Shown here in pieces: positions 38,093-48,143 of a DNA stretch of 64,000 nt; positions within the stretch are counted from its first letter, which is position 1, and each line of letters opens with the position of its first letter. A program made the position numbers and the translations under genes. Origin of the DNA: Spirochaetia bacterium (GTDB lineage Bacteria > Spirochaetota > Spirochaetia > UBA9216); contig OY776510.1 of NCBI GenBank assembly GCA_963675665.1, positions 339,467 to 403,466 of the forward strand, in the 5' to 3' direction. The notes below the pieces were generated by a model that saw only the letters and a program-made list of their open reading frames with translations, did not search any database and was not told where the DNA came from.

Positions 38093-39088
38093 ATGAAAAA
38101 AGCTGATTCAGATAAATCAGTCCCGCTCAGGGACCAGGTTGCCGCGGCAGCAAATGTCAGCAGCGCAACGGTTTCCAGGGTTTATAATAATCCTTCAAGT
38201 GTAAGCAGGGAAAAATGCGAAGCAGTCAGAAATGCCGCAGAAGCTCTGGGCTATGTTCCGAACAAGTCGGCAAGTGCTCTCAGACGTAACGGCAGCGGTA
38301 TAATCACCCTTGTTGAACTTAAAAAAAAGCAAAGACAATACTACTGGGCAGATCTGCCGATTTTCAAATGGTTTTATGCCGATGTTCTTCACTCGGTAAA
38401 AAATGTAATTGACGGCAGTATGTACCAGCTGAATATAGCCTCGGTCAAAGGCCCGGATGATTTGAAAGCATTAAAAGCCGGAACAGACGGTCTTATCTGC
38501 TATGATGTTGACGAGCCCGCAGAGGCTGAAATGATCGCGGAGGCCGGCATTCCTTACGTTATAGGCCACCACACAAAATCGTTCGCCGGCTTTTCAAGAT
38601 GCAGTACCGATAATTTTGAGGGGGGCCGTATCCAGGCCTTAATGCTTAAAGATGTCGGCTGCAACCGGCCGGCCTATATAACAGCTCATCTTGATATGGT
38701 CCGGCCCCACCGGGAGCGGCTTGAAGGATTTTTATCGGTATATTCCGAACAGAATGTGATAATTACCGGAGACGGAGTTGGCCGTGAAGCCGGATACAAA
38801 GCGGTGCATAATCTTGCAGACACTGTAGACGGCATTGCTGCAGTAAACGACATTACAGCTGCCGGCGCAGGATACGCATTAATGGAATCCGGGCTAAAGG
38901 TGCAGCAGGATATTCCGCTGGCAGGCTATGATAATATGCCTTTAAGCATTGCTCTTCCGTTCAGGCTTTTATCCGTTGATCTGAAACCGTCCATTATATA
39001 TGAAAAAGCGGCCGATAAACTTTTGGAACTTCTATTAGGAAAAAAACCGGAAGAAAATTCAACTGTACTTCCTGAAAAAATAATTTAA
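38093..39088 (+). CDS. LacI family transcriptional regulator (GalR-like)
   Basis: 331 aa. N-terminal HTH (VAAAANVSSATVSRVYNN) plus periplasmic-binding-protein-like sugar-binding domain. Confidence 0.85.
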   Translation: MKKADSDKSVPLRDQVAAAANVSSATVSRVYNNPSSVSREKCEAVRNAAEALGYVPNKSASALRRNGSGIITLVELKKKQRQYYWADLPIFKWFYADVLHSVKNVIDGSMYQLNIASVKGPDDLKALKAGTDGLICYDVDEPAEAEMIAEAGIPYVIGHHTKSFAGFSRCSTDNFEGGRIQALMLKDVGCNRPAYITAHLDMVRPHRERLEGFLSVYSEQNVIITGDGVGREAGYKAVHNLADTVDGIAAVNDITAAGAGYALMESGLKVQQDIPLAGYDNMPLSIALPFRLLSVDLKPSIIYEKAADKLLELLLGKKPEENSTVLPEKII

Positions 39089-39154
39089 TCTTCTTTTCAT
39101 GATCTTGACAAATTTCCATGATAATTATATATTTACATATGAACAATTGCTCAT

Positions 39155-39529
39155 ATGTTCAAGCATGGAGGCGAAATGACTGAGAATGAAATTAAAATAT
39201 CATGCAACCTGACGGAAAATGATGCCGGAGAACTGAGAAAAAAATTTCCCATAGAAGAGGAAATCCAGGATCTTTCAGAGTTCTTCAAGGTTTTCGGTGA
39301 TTCGACCCGCCTCAGAATTCTTTTCCTGCTTAAAGAAGGAGAATTCTGCGTTCATGACATATCAATAATGGTTGACATGAACCAGACGGCAGTAAGCCAT
39401 CAGCTGAAATCACTCAGACAGGCGCGACTGGTAAAATACCGGAAAGACGGGAAACAGGTTTTTTATTCGCTTAATGATGAGCATATCAACGAGATACTGG
39501 CCATCGGACTCCGTCATATAAATGAATAA
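39155..39529 (+). CDS. ArsR/SmtB family metalloregulatory transcriptional repressor
   Basis: 124 aa. FKVFGDSTRLRILFLL...CVHDIS...VSHQLKSL wHTH. Confidence 0.8.
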   Translation: MFKHGGEMTENEIKISCNLTENDAGELRKKFPIEEEIQDLSEFFKVFGDSTRLRILFLLKEGEFCVHDISIMVDMNQTAVSHQLKSLRQARLVKYRKDGKQVFYSLNDEHINEILAIGLRHINE

Positions 39530-39559
39530 TATAACGGCTGATTTTTACAGGAGAAACTG

Positions 39560-40912
39560 GTGATAATTACTTATATAAAACTTTTTTTAAGCGAAGCAGT
39601 GTCGCTCTTCTTCGATATGGCTCCATATATCATGCTTGGCATAGGTATTGCCGGACTGCTGCATGTAATTCTGAGCAAGGATTTTGTAGCCCGGCATATC
39701 GGAGGCAATAATATTGCTTCTGTTTTTAAGGCTGCTCTTTTCGGCGTTCCTCTGCCGTTATGCTCATGCGGAGTGGTTCCTACTGCAGTCTATCTGAAAA
39801 ACTCGGGCGCCTCAAAAGCCGCTGTTACATCATTTCTTATATCAACGCCTCAGACGGGGATAGACAGTATCTCCGCAACCTGGGGAATGCTGGGCCCGGT
39901 ATTCGCCGTATTCAAAGCCTTTGCAGCCCTGATAATAGGAATGGCCGGAGGAATGGCCGATTATCTGCTGGACAGGAAGGCGGAAACAAAAGGCCCTGTT
40001 TCCGGCGCCCCAACAGCAAACAACCGCAGCGTTGTAGATACTGAAGGGATAACTCAATACAAGGGAGCAGGCGGAAAGATAAAAGAAGCCTTTAATTATG
40101 CTTTCTTTGAGCTTCTCGATGATATTGCTGTAAACTTTATTATCGGCCTTGCAATAGCCGCAGTTATATCAATTGTAATTCCTGATAACTTCTTCGAAGG
40201 ATCTTTTCTTTCAAATCCGCTGGTGAGCATGGCTGCAATGGTAATAATCGGGATACCCATGTATATCTGCTCAACCTCAAGCATTCCGATTGCCGTTGCA
40301 TTGATTGTGAAAGGAATATCTCCCGGCGCCGCCTATGTCTTCCTGGTGGCGGGACCGGCAACAAACGCTGCTTCCCTGGCAATAATTGGCAGGGCGCTAG
40401 GAAGAAAGACGACGATCAGGTATCTTATAACAATAATTTCCGGTTCGCTTGTATTCGGCTTTACCATGGACCTTATCTATACACAACTCGGGATATCCCC
40501 GTTCGGCGCTGCCATGGCCCACCATCACGGCGAAACGGCTCCGGGGCCTTTTCTGACGGCAGTATCCGTTTTCTTTCTGATAATGCTGATTGTACTGTTT
40601 TATCGAAGGATAAGAACAAAAATTAAAGGAGACCGATCGAAATGCGAATGCGGCGGGGAAGAAAGCTGTGAAACTGATAAATCCGTTAAGGAGAAAATAA
40701 TGACGAGAATAAATATTGAAGGAATGAGCTGCAGCCACTGCACTGCAAGCGTTGAAAAGGCCCTGAGTACGGTAAGCGGAATAAATGCAATAGCTGTCAG
40801 CCTCTCGGGCAAATATGCTGATATCGACGGAGAATTTGATCAGTCAGCTGCCGAAGCTGCAATCAGAAACGCAGGCTATGAGGTTGCAGGAAGCAGGGAA
40901 CAACCTTTTTAA
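39560..40912 (+). CDS. PF03773 (DUF318/ArsP-like) permease fused to C-terminal heavy-metal-associated (HMA) domain
   Basis: Membrane core with LPLCSCGVVP motif. C-terminal GMSCSHCTASVEKAL HMA fold and a Cys-rich linker (KCECGGEESCE). Confidence 0.7.
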   Translation: MIITYIKLFLSEAVSLFFDMAPYIMLGIGIAGLLHVILSKDFVARHIGGNNIASVFKAALFGVPLPLCSCGVVPTAVYLKNSGASKAAVTSFLISTPQTGIDSISATWGMLGPVFAVFKAFAALIIGMAGGMADYLLDRKAETKGPVSGAPTANNRSVVDTEGITQYKGAGGKIKEAFNYAFFELLDDIAVNFIIGLAIAAVISIVIPDNFFEGSFLSNPLVSMAAMVIIGIPMYICSTSSIPIAVALIVKGISPGAAYVFLVAGPATNAASLAIIGRALGRKTTIRYLITIISGSLVFGFTMDLIYTQLGISPFGAAMAHHHGETAPGPFLTAVSVFFLIMLIVLFYRRIRTKIKGDRSKCECGGEESCETDKSVKEKIMTRINIEGMSCSHCTASVEKALSTVSGINAIAVSLSGKYADIDGEFDQSAAEAAIRNAGYEVAGSREQPF

Positions 40913-40941
40913 GCGAACGTTTATATAATGATTCGGAACCA

Positions 40942-42552
40942 TCAATATACACTTTTTCTGTATTCAGTCGGGGTTACGCCGAAGTACTTCTTGTATACCC
41001 TGAAAAAATAATCGGGTTCGTTGTATCCGACTTTATAACAAATCTCAGAGACATTTATTTCGGTTTCTTCCAATAGCCTGTTGGCTTCCTTCATTCTCAC
41101 CTTCGTGAGGTATTTAACAAAGTTAACTCCCGTCTTTTCCTTGAAAATCTTGCTGAAATACTGCGGGCTCAGCAACACGCTCTCGGCCAGATCTTCAAGT
41201 GAAATCTCGGTATAGTAATGACTGTTTATATACTTTTTCACCCTGTCCATTATTCGTTCAATCTTGTCTTCATGACTGCTGCCCAGCAGATCTATAGCTT
41301 CATCAACAGATTTCTGTATTATCTTTTTCAGCCTTACAATACCGTCAAGCGATTTAATTTCTTCATAGACATTAATATTGAGGATGTCATATTCCCGGGT
41401 TATTTTTAACTTGTCGATAATCAGCTTCTGAATATCGGTTATCATTGAATTCATATAGACCCGGGTATTGACCAGATTATCCGATTCCCGGTTTATCAGG
41501 ATAAACCAGTTGAATATATCCTCAATATAATTATGACAAGATTCTTTATCTCCCATTTTAATCGCGAATATCAGGCCCTCTTCTTTATGGGCCGGATATC
41601 TGTCAATATCTCTCAACTCAATAGCAATATCGTTACACTGCCTGATGGATTTTGTATTTTCCAGCGACATTAGATCCTTGTTGGCTTCTTCATATGCGAA
41701 GACAAGGTTATTAATGCCCTTGTAGGGATTGCTCATTCCCATGTCTACTTTCTCTTTATATAAATTCCCGATTCTTGTACATAACCGGGAACCGGTTTTC
41801 ATTGAATAGGTTCTTACGGAATATTCTTTTTTAAAATCTTTTGTTGAGATAATTAATGCTATTTTATTTGAGGAAATTATCGATAACGCACATTTGAACT
41901 CTTTATGCAATTCGCCTGATAAGAAATTGAAAATTTGTTTTATCGTCGGCTCTCGTTTATTGTTATTATCAACGACAAAATCAATTTGCTCATGTATTCT
42001 GAACAGAATTACAATACCACTTGAAAAATCTTTATCCATTATTTTGAAATAACTGGACATTTCTTCTTTAAAAATATTTCCCTCAACTGCCAGTGTCGTA
42101 AACTGACTTTCCACCAGAGGAAGAGCTACTTTTAATTTATTGTCTAATAACTGTTTTGTTTTTCGTTCCTGCTCTTCTTTCTCTATCTTGAGTATTGTAT
42201 TATCCAGAGCTTTTTTTAACTGTTCCAGGGTATAAGGTTTTAAGAGATAATTATCTATACCCAACACAATAGCATTATTCATATAATCAAAATCACTATA
42301 AGCGCTTGAAATAATTACATGTATTTCTTTTTCATTTCCCTTGATAAATCTTGAAGCTTCAATTCCATTTAATATAGGCATTTTAATATCCATTATGACT
42401 ATATCAGGAAGTTTCTGTTCGCACAATTTAACCGCATCTCTGCCGTTTTCGACTTCTCCGATTAATTCTATTTCGGGAAAATAATCTTCTATTAATTTTC
42501 TTAAACCGTTTCTTTCTATTTTTTCATCATCGGCAATTATTATGCTATACAT
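40942..42552 (-). CDS. two-component response regulator, REC + AraC-type HTH (YesN-like)
   Basis: 536 aa. N-terminal receiver (IIADDE...D at IMDIKMP) and C-terminal HTH_AraC (ISLEDLAESVLLSPQYFSKIFKE). Confidence 0.85.
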   Translation of the reverse strand: MYSIIIADDEKIERNGLRKLIEDYFPEIELIGEVENGRDAVKLCEQKLPDIVIMDIKMPILNGIEASRFIKGNEKEIHVIISSAYSDFDYMNNAIVLGIDNYLLKPYTLEQLKKALDNTILKIEKEEQERKTKQLLDNKLKVALPLVESQFTTLAVEGNIFKEEMSSYFKIMDKDFSSGIVILFRIHEQIDFVVDNNNKREPTIKQIFNFLSGELHKEFKCALSIISSNKIALIISTKDFKKEYSVRTYSMKTGSRLCTRIGNLYKEKVDMGMSNPYKGINNLVFAYEEANKDLMSLENTKSIRQCNDIAIELRDIDRYPAHKEEGLIFAIKMGDKESCHNYIEDIFNWFILINRESDNLVNTRVYMNSMITDIQKLIIDKLKITREYDILNINVYEEIKSLDGIVRLKKIIQKSVDEAIDLLGSSHEDKIERIMDRVKKYINSHYYTEISLEDLAESVLLSPQYFSKIFKEKTGVNFVKYLTKVRMKEANRLLEETEINVSEICYKVGYNEPDYFFRVYKKYFGVTPTEYRKSVY

Positions 42553-42567
42553 TTCCCGCCCGCCGGA

Positions 42568-44046
42568 TCATATTGCTTCAACATTCCTGTTTGTATATGG
42601 GATCAATATTTTCACGAAAGTTCCATGTTTCTTTAAATTATTAATATGAAATAAATCTTTTCGTCCAAAAAAATATTCTATCCTCTTTTTTACATTATTA
42701 ATTCCTATTCCCCCGTTATCGCTTGAGAGGATGTCCTGCAGTTTACGTTCATCAATTCCAACACCGTTATCGATAATTTCTATTACCGCCACATCTTCAT
42801 CACAAAAACAGTCCGGATACACGTTTATCTCAAGGGTCCCCTTCTCCGGCATGGGTTCAATTCCGTGAATTATTGCATTCTCGACCAAAGGCTGCAGAAT
42901 AAAATAAGGAACCCTGATATCCAGAAGCGAATTCTCAATATTAAATTTATAATCAAAATTTTCAAGAAACCTTGTTTTATAGATCAGGATATATTCTTTA
43001 ATATTCTCAATTTCATCGCGTAAAAAAATTCTTTCCTTTCTTTCATTTTCCAGATTATACCTGAGCAGCTGTGATGTGGACTGGATTAAGCTGTTCGTGG
43101 TCATTGCATTTTCAATCATTGATATCTTTGATATTGTATTCAGGGTATTAAAAAGAAAATGCGGGTTCATCTGTGATCTCAGCATTTTTATTTCCGCTTC
43201 CTTGATCATGTTTACATTTCTGAGGTTCTTCATCTCTTCTTCTTTAAGTTTCTTTTCAAGTTCAGACTGATCTATTATTTTCTGTATTAGTAACCTGATC
43301 TTTCGCAACATTTCGTTAAAGGAATTTGCCAGTACTGAAATTTCATCATTGGATTTGACGATTACCTCGGACACATTAATATCTCCTGAAGCAAATCGTT
43401 CAGCTTTTTTTGATAAATTCATTACCGGAGTTGATATATGTTCCGAGAACTTGTAAATATAAAATACCAATAATGAAATCAACATTATCAAAGAGAAAAC
43501 CAGCATAATATTGAGTTTTTCACCCAGGCTGCTCATTTTTTCATATAAAGCGGAACTGTCGTCAAGAAGCGTTGAGACAATAAGATCTATTCTTTTATTA
43601 ATATATACCGCAACACTTCTGTTGTACTTGAGCGCATCATAATACGGCTCGCCTTTGCCGATCAGTATAAACAGCTTGTTTATATTATTTTCGTATGTCC
43701 CCAGCATATTCCCAAGACCATATATCTCCGACCATCCCGCAGAATAATAAACCTTTTCAGCATAACGATTGACTTCAGAATGAAGATCTTGAAGTTCAAT
43801 AATCTTTTCATTCCTTTTCTCCAACTCTTTCGATCGTACAAATAATGAATTAAAGTCGTAATCCAGCCTGTTGAAAGATGCGGACAACTCTTTATAAAAA
43901 AACAAATTGTCCAGGATTTCCTTGTGTTCATTAACAATATAATCATTATATATCATTACCCCGAACACAATTACGGTCATAACCGCAAAAGGTATAATTG
44001 ACAATATAATCAGTTTCTTCTTTAAAGTCTTAATTTGTAAAAACAA
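42568..44046 (-). CDS. sensor histidine kinase (YesM-like: TM-periplasmic sensor-TM-HAMP-His_kinase-HATPase_c)
   Basis: 492 aa. Phospho-His region (MNPHFLFNTL) and ATPase G-boxes (DNGVGID). Confidence 0.85.
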   Translation of the reverse strand: MFLQIKTLKKKLIILSIIPFAVMTVIVFGVMIYNDYIVNEHKEILDNLFFYKELSASFNRLDYDFNSLFVRSKELEKRNEKIIELQDLHSEVNRYAEKVYYSAGWSEIYGLGNMLGTYENNINKLFILIGKGEPYYDALKYNRSVAVYINKRIDLIVSTLLDDSSALYEKMSSLGEKLNIMLVFSLIMLISLLVFYIYKFSEHISTPVMNLSKKAERFASGDINVSEVIVKSNDEISVLANSFNEMLRKIRLLIQKIIDQSELEKKLKEEEMKNLRNVNMIKEAEIKMLRSQMNPHFLFNTLNTISKISMIENAMTTNSLIQSTSQLLRYNLENERKERIFLRDEIENIKEYILIYKTRFLENFDYKFNIENSLLDIRVPYFILQPLVENAIIHGIEPMPEKGTLEINVYPDCFCDEDVAVIEIIDNGVGIDERKLQDILSSDNGGIGINNVKKRIEYFFGRKDLFHINNLKKHGTFVKILIPYTNRNVEAI

Positions 44047-44096
44047 TTCCGCCCCTGTTAATGCTATTAATGATATTTAAAATTTTAAAGATTTAA

Positions 44097-45620
44097 TTAA
44101 ACAACCCCCGTAGCAGCAGCCATTATCAATTCTTCAGTAGCTTCATCAGAATCAAATTCACGTACAATTGTGCCGTTATTTAAAACGACGAACCTGTCGC
44201 AAATGCCGAGCAGCTCCGGTAATTCGGAAGAAATAATGATAAATGATACCCCGTCGCTTGTCAATTTGTTAATGATGTTGTAGATTTCGTATTTCGCCCC
44301 TACATCGATACCCCTGGTCGGTTCATCCAGGATCATTATACGGGGCTGCTGCAGAAGCCATCTTGCCATGATTACTTTCTGTTGGTTGCCTCCGCTCAGG
44401 TTTTTGATCTTCGTCTCAACATCCGGCGCTTTAATATTTAACTTATCCATAAGTTCATTAACAATCCCGGTTTCTTCTTTTCTTTTAATCACACCGGTTT
44501 TAAACATCCTGTTAAGCATTACTATGGTTGCGTTTTCCCTGATACTTAAAGCCGGAATTATTCCTGAAGCCCTTCGATCTTCAGTAAGCAAGGCTATACC
44601 ACCGGAAATGGCCTTGCGTATGGAGTTTATTTTCTCCTTGTTTTTATTTACATAAATACTATAACCTGCTTCAATATCAAGATTCCCGAAAATTGCGTTT
44701 ACCAGTTCGCTTCGTCCGGAGCCGACCAAACCAGCTATTCCCAGTATCTCGCCTTTTTTAAGTACAAAAGAAGCCGAATCAATAATTTTTTTACCGTCAA
44801 TGTATTTATGCATAACAGTTAAATTCTCAATTTTTAAAACCTCGTCTCCAATATCACGATTTCGCTTTGGATACCGGTTTTCCAGAGATCTTCCGACCAT
44901 CATTTTTATTACAAGATCTACATCAAAGTCTTTCTTCTCCAGAGTTCCAATCTTACACCCGTCCCTCATAACCGTTATACGATCGCTTATTTCCATAACC
45001 TCTTCAATCTTGTGGGATATATAAATACAGGAAAGCCCTGAATTTCTAAGCTCATTGATTATATTGAAAAGATATTCCTTTTCATTCTCAGTAAGAGATG
45101 ATGTCGGTTCATCCAGAACCAGCAACCTGGGTTTTTTTATAACGGCCTTTGCAATTGCAACCATCTGTTGTCTGCTGGTGCTTAGATTCTTTATTTTTTC
45201 ATGAACATCGGCATCCAGGCCAACTTTATCCAAAATCTTCTCAGCATCGTCATACATTTTTTTCCAGTCGACCAGAACCCTGTTCTTTCTTCTGATATTA
45301 CCCACAAGCACATTCTCACATACGCTTAAATCAGGAATAAGATCTATTTCCTGATAAATCATTTCTATCCCGGCGGCCTGGGCCTGACCAGGATTGTTAA
45401 AACTTACATTCTTCCCGTCGATAATTATTTCTCCCGAATAGGAAGATGAAGGGTAAGCACCGCTCAGTATTTTCATCAGGGTTGTTTTACCGGCCCCGTT
45501 TTCACCCACAATGGCATGAACTTCACCCTTCCTGACATCCATGGATATCGAATCAAGAGCTTTCACTCCGATAAAACATTTATCAATGTTCTTTAATTCA
45601 AGTATAACTTTCTCAGCCAC
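44097..45620 (-). CDS. sugar ABC transporter ATP-binding protein (duplicated ABC domains, CUT2/MglA-RbsA type)
   Basis: 507 aa. Two Walker A/ABC signature sets (GENGAGKTT; LSGGNQQK). Confidence 0.85.
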   Translation of the reverse strand: MAEKVILELKNIDKCFIGVKALDSISMDVRKGEVHAIVGENGAGKTTLMKILSGAYPSSSYSGEIIIDGKNVSFNNPGQAQAAGIEMIYQEIDLIPDLSVCENVLVGNIRRKNRVLVDWKKMYDDAEKILDKVGLDADVHEKIKNLSTSRQQMVAIAKAVIKKPRLLVLDEPTSSLTENEKEYLFNIINELRNSGLSCIYISHKIEEVMEISDRITVMRDGCKIGTLEKKDFDVDLVIKMMVGRSLENRYPKRNRDIGDEVLKIENLTVMHKYIDGKKIIDSASFVLKKGEILGIAGLVGSGRSELVNAIFGNLDIEAGYSIYVNKNKEKINSIRKAISGGIALLTEDRRASGIIPALSIRENATIVMLNRMFKTGVIKRKEETGIVNELMDKLNIKAPDVETKIKNLSGGNQQKVIMARWLLQQPRIMILDEPTRGIDVGAKYEIYNIINKLTSDGVSFIIISSELPELLGICDRFVVLNNGTIVREFDSDEATEELIMAAATGVV

Positions 45621-45648
45621 GATGCTTCTCCTTATATTACTTCCGCAT

Positions 45649-46914
45649 TTACTCTGCTGTAACCGCTACTAAAAACTGTCCGGCCGTTTCAAGATGCGAG
45701 TTAATGTCAATTGAAGCAATTTTCCTGTCCACATGGGGGTTGCTCCAGCTGAATTTCAGTAACTGCACTTTAACCCCGAGATTATGACAAAAGGAATTGT
45801 CTCCCTTCCATACAACCTCTGTGTTCTCGTCAAAATCATTATCGGGAGTTTCCCACCAGTCAGCCGTGTTTCGTCCGTATACCAGCGGAATAATCTCTTT
45901 TTCGACGTCGGTGTAATTAATAACATATTCTCCTATCTCTACATCCATATCCGTAAACCACCCGCAAGCGTGAAGGAAATGCAGCTTGTTACAACACTGT
46001 TCAACCTTTATCCCCCTGATACTCTCCGGATAAATTGAACCGGTTCTTCTGAGAGAAATATTTCCTGCTGCAACCTGGATTAGTCCCCTGACATCAAAAG
46101 CAACGTCACCGAAAACCTGTATGCCTTTGGGAACATTCTGAAGATCATGACCTTCATGGTTGTGCCAGTCGTCGTCCAGCGATGCGGTATAATAATCAGA
46201 TAAATCAACCAGCCTTTTATCAGCCCATTGATTTCTCGGCATTACAGTGTTTACAGGTTTCGAACCATCGGAAAAATTCAAATAAATAGTTTCAACCGGT
46301 TCAACAGTAACGGCCAGAAGGAAGGGCGCAGCCCCTGTTAACTCTGATATAAAATCAATGGTGTTAAGTTCCGCATCCGGAAGCGGATTATTTACAGTAT
46401 ATTTATAAAATATCAACTCGCAATCTGAAGAATTATTCTTATAACCTTTCCAGGCAACATCTGCGTCGGTAAGACTTAAATCACCCGTATCCGCCGTTAC
46501 TGTTTTTGTGTTTTTTCCGTAAATAATCGGGACTGTTCTTTTTCGGCCGTCTTTATAATTAAGTAAATAATACCCGATTTTCATCCCCTCTTCTTCCACG
46601 CCGGCTGAACCGTGAAGAAAATGCAGTTTGCGAAAATCGGTATTTACGCTAATACCGGTTACCGATACCGGATAATCGGTATTATTCTTTATATATTTTT
46701 TATTGCCCGCAAGCTGAATTATTCCTCTCACATCAAATGCAACATTTGAATATATTTGCAGTCCGGACGGGATGTTGCTGAAACTCAAATCGTCAGTCCC
46801 GTATATATTCTCATCGAGGTATCCGTTATAATATTCCGATAAATCCAGTAAATCCGGAAATGCCTGCTTGCTTCTTTTTAAAATCTCCATAGTTTTCCTC
46901 CGTTCCAATATCAA
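45649..46914 (-). CDS. hypothetical cytoplasmic protein with internal tandem duplication of a ~200-aa domain (paralog of 48144-49409)
   Basis: Both halves begin DLS[ED]YY..LD[ED][ND]W...P.G[IL]Q.F..V.FD.RG.IQ.A and end NP.PD.E...IDF/I.S.L...PFL.A.T. No signal peptide and no recognised domain. Confidence 0.5.
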   Translation of the reverse strand: MILERRKTMEILKRSKQAFPDLLDLSEYYNGYLDENIYGTDDLSFSNIPSGLQIYSNVAFDVRGIIQLAGNKKYIKNNTDYPVSVTGISVNTDFRKLHFLHGSAGVEEEGMKIGYYLLNYKDGRKRTVPIIYGKNTKTVTADTGDLSLTDADVAWKGYKNNSSDCELIFYKYTVNNPLPDAELNTIDFISELTGAAPFLLAVTVEPVETIYLNFSDGSKPVNTVMPRNQWADKRLVDLSDYYTASLDDDWHNHEGHDLQNVPKGIQVFGDVAFDVRGLIQVAAGNISLRRTGSIYPESIRGIKVEQCCNKLHFLHACGWFTDMDVEIGEYVINYTDVEKEIIPLVYGRNTADWWETPDNDFDENTEVVWKGDNSFCHNLGVKVQLLKFSWSNPHVDRKIASIDINSHLETAGQFLVAVTAE

Positions 46915-46928
46915 CTCTCTATTATGGG

Positions 46929-46958
46929 GACTTCTAAAAACTGCAGTTTTTAGAAGTC
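46929..46958. repeat. perfect 30-bp palindrome GACTTCTAAAAACTGCAGTTTTTAGAAGTC
   Basis: Self-complementary over all 30 bp. A related 8-bp-arm inverted repeat (TACTTATT...AATAAGTA) lies 23 bp away, and a partial copy sits at 34657-34678. Confidence 0.6.
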
Positions 46959-47016
46959 TACTTCAGATGTAATGGATGTTTACTTATTGACTGATAAGGA
47001 AATAAGTAAACTCCAA

Positions 47017-47057
47017 GCAACCTCTAAAAACCCCAGTTTAGGATTTTTAGAGGTTGC
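47017..47057. terminator. hairpin GCAACCTCTAAAAA-(13)-TTTTTAGAGGTTGC immediately 3' of the ABC permease gene
   Basis: Perfect 14-bp stem sharing the CTAAAAA/TTTTTAG core with the 46929 palindrome. Likely an intra-operon terminator/attenuator. Confidence 0.45.
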
Positions 47058-47058
47058 C

Positions 47059-48021
47059 TTATTCTATATCCCCGGTTTTTCTTCTTTTATAATGATCTAT
47101 TCCAACAGCCAGGATTATGATTATTCCCGTTACAATATTTTGCCAATAGGTTGAAATTCCCATGAGAACTATACCGTTCGATATTACGCTCAACAGTACA
47201 GCCCCTATCACCGTGCCGAGTATTGTTCCGGTTCCTCCGAACATGCTTGTTCCGCCTATTATTACAGCTGCTATTATCGTCATCTCCCAGCCCAGTCCCA
47301 ACGAAATCTGGGCTGAGGTAATTCTTGATGTCATAATAATTCCGGAAAAAGTTGCACATACAGCCGAAAGAACATATACCGAGATCTTAACCATATCAAC
47401 ATTTATTCCGGACAATCTCGAAGCTTCATTGTTCCCGCCCACGCAATAGACATAACGCCCGTAAACTGTATGGTTCAGCACAAAGACCGCCAATAGAGCA
47501 AGAGCTGCCGCAAACCAGACCGAATAAGGTATTCTTAAAAAAGCCCCGCTGCCGATCAGATTAAACCCGGCCGGCAACGGAAACACAGGTTTGCCTTTTG
47601 TAACAACATTCATAATACCTCTTGCGATATACATACTTCCAAGCGTAACTATCATTGCGGGTATTTTAAGTTTTACAATTATAACCCCGTTAAAAACACC
47701 GAACAGGGCCCCGACAAAAACACCCGCGGCTATTGATAAAGGTACCGGCATATTAAAATGCTTCATACAGATTGCGGTTATTAATCCTCCAAGACCGATT
47801 AATGAACCGACGGTAAGATCCAGACCTCCTGAAATAAAAACAAAGGTCACGGCTATTCCGACAATTACCAGATACGAGCTTGTTCGTAAAATATTTACAA
47901 TATTTATCCAGGAATAAAACGACTGATTGACCAATGCTATTAATACACATATTGCCGCCAGCACAATAATTATTCCCAATTCATTTATTGTTTTTATATT
48001 TAGCATAATTTTCTTTTGCAT
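47059..48021 (-). CDS. sugar ABC transporter permease (BPD_transp_2, RbsC/AraH-like)
   Basis: 320 aa polytopic membrane protein of the ribose/monosaccharide ABC permease type. Confidence 0.8.
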   Translation of the reverse strand: MQKKIMLNIKTINELGIIIVLAAICVLIALVNQSFYSWINIVNILRTSSYLVIVGIAVTFVFISGGLDLTVGSLIGLGGLITAICMKHFNMPVPLSIAAGVFVGALFGVFNGVIIVKLKIPAMIVTLGSMYIARGIMNVVTKGKPVFPLPAGFNLIGSGAFLRIPYSVWFAAALALLAVFVLNHTVYGRYVYCVGGNNEASRLSGINVDMVKISVYVLSAVCATFSGIIMTSRITSAQISLGLGWEMTIIAAVIIGGTSMFGGTGTILGTVIGAVLLSVISNGIVLMGISTYWQNIVTGIIIILAVGIDHYKRRKTGDIE

Positions 48022-48143
48022 AATTTTCCCTTTTTCTGAACATAAACCTGACGATATTTTTCTGTTATTATTCCCGCACTATCCTTCAGTGTTTCAGACA
48101 AATTATCGGGGAGGGAATAATACCCTCCCCTGTCAATCTCCTT

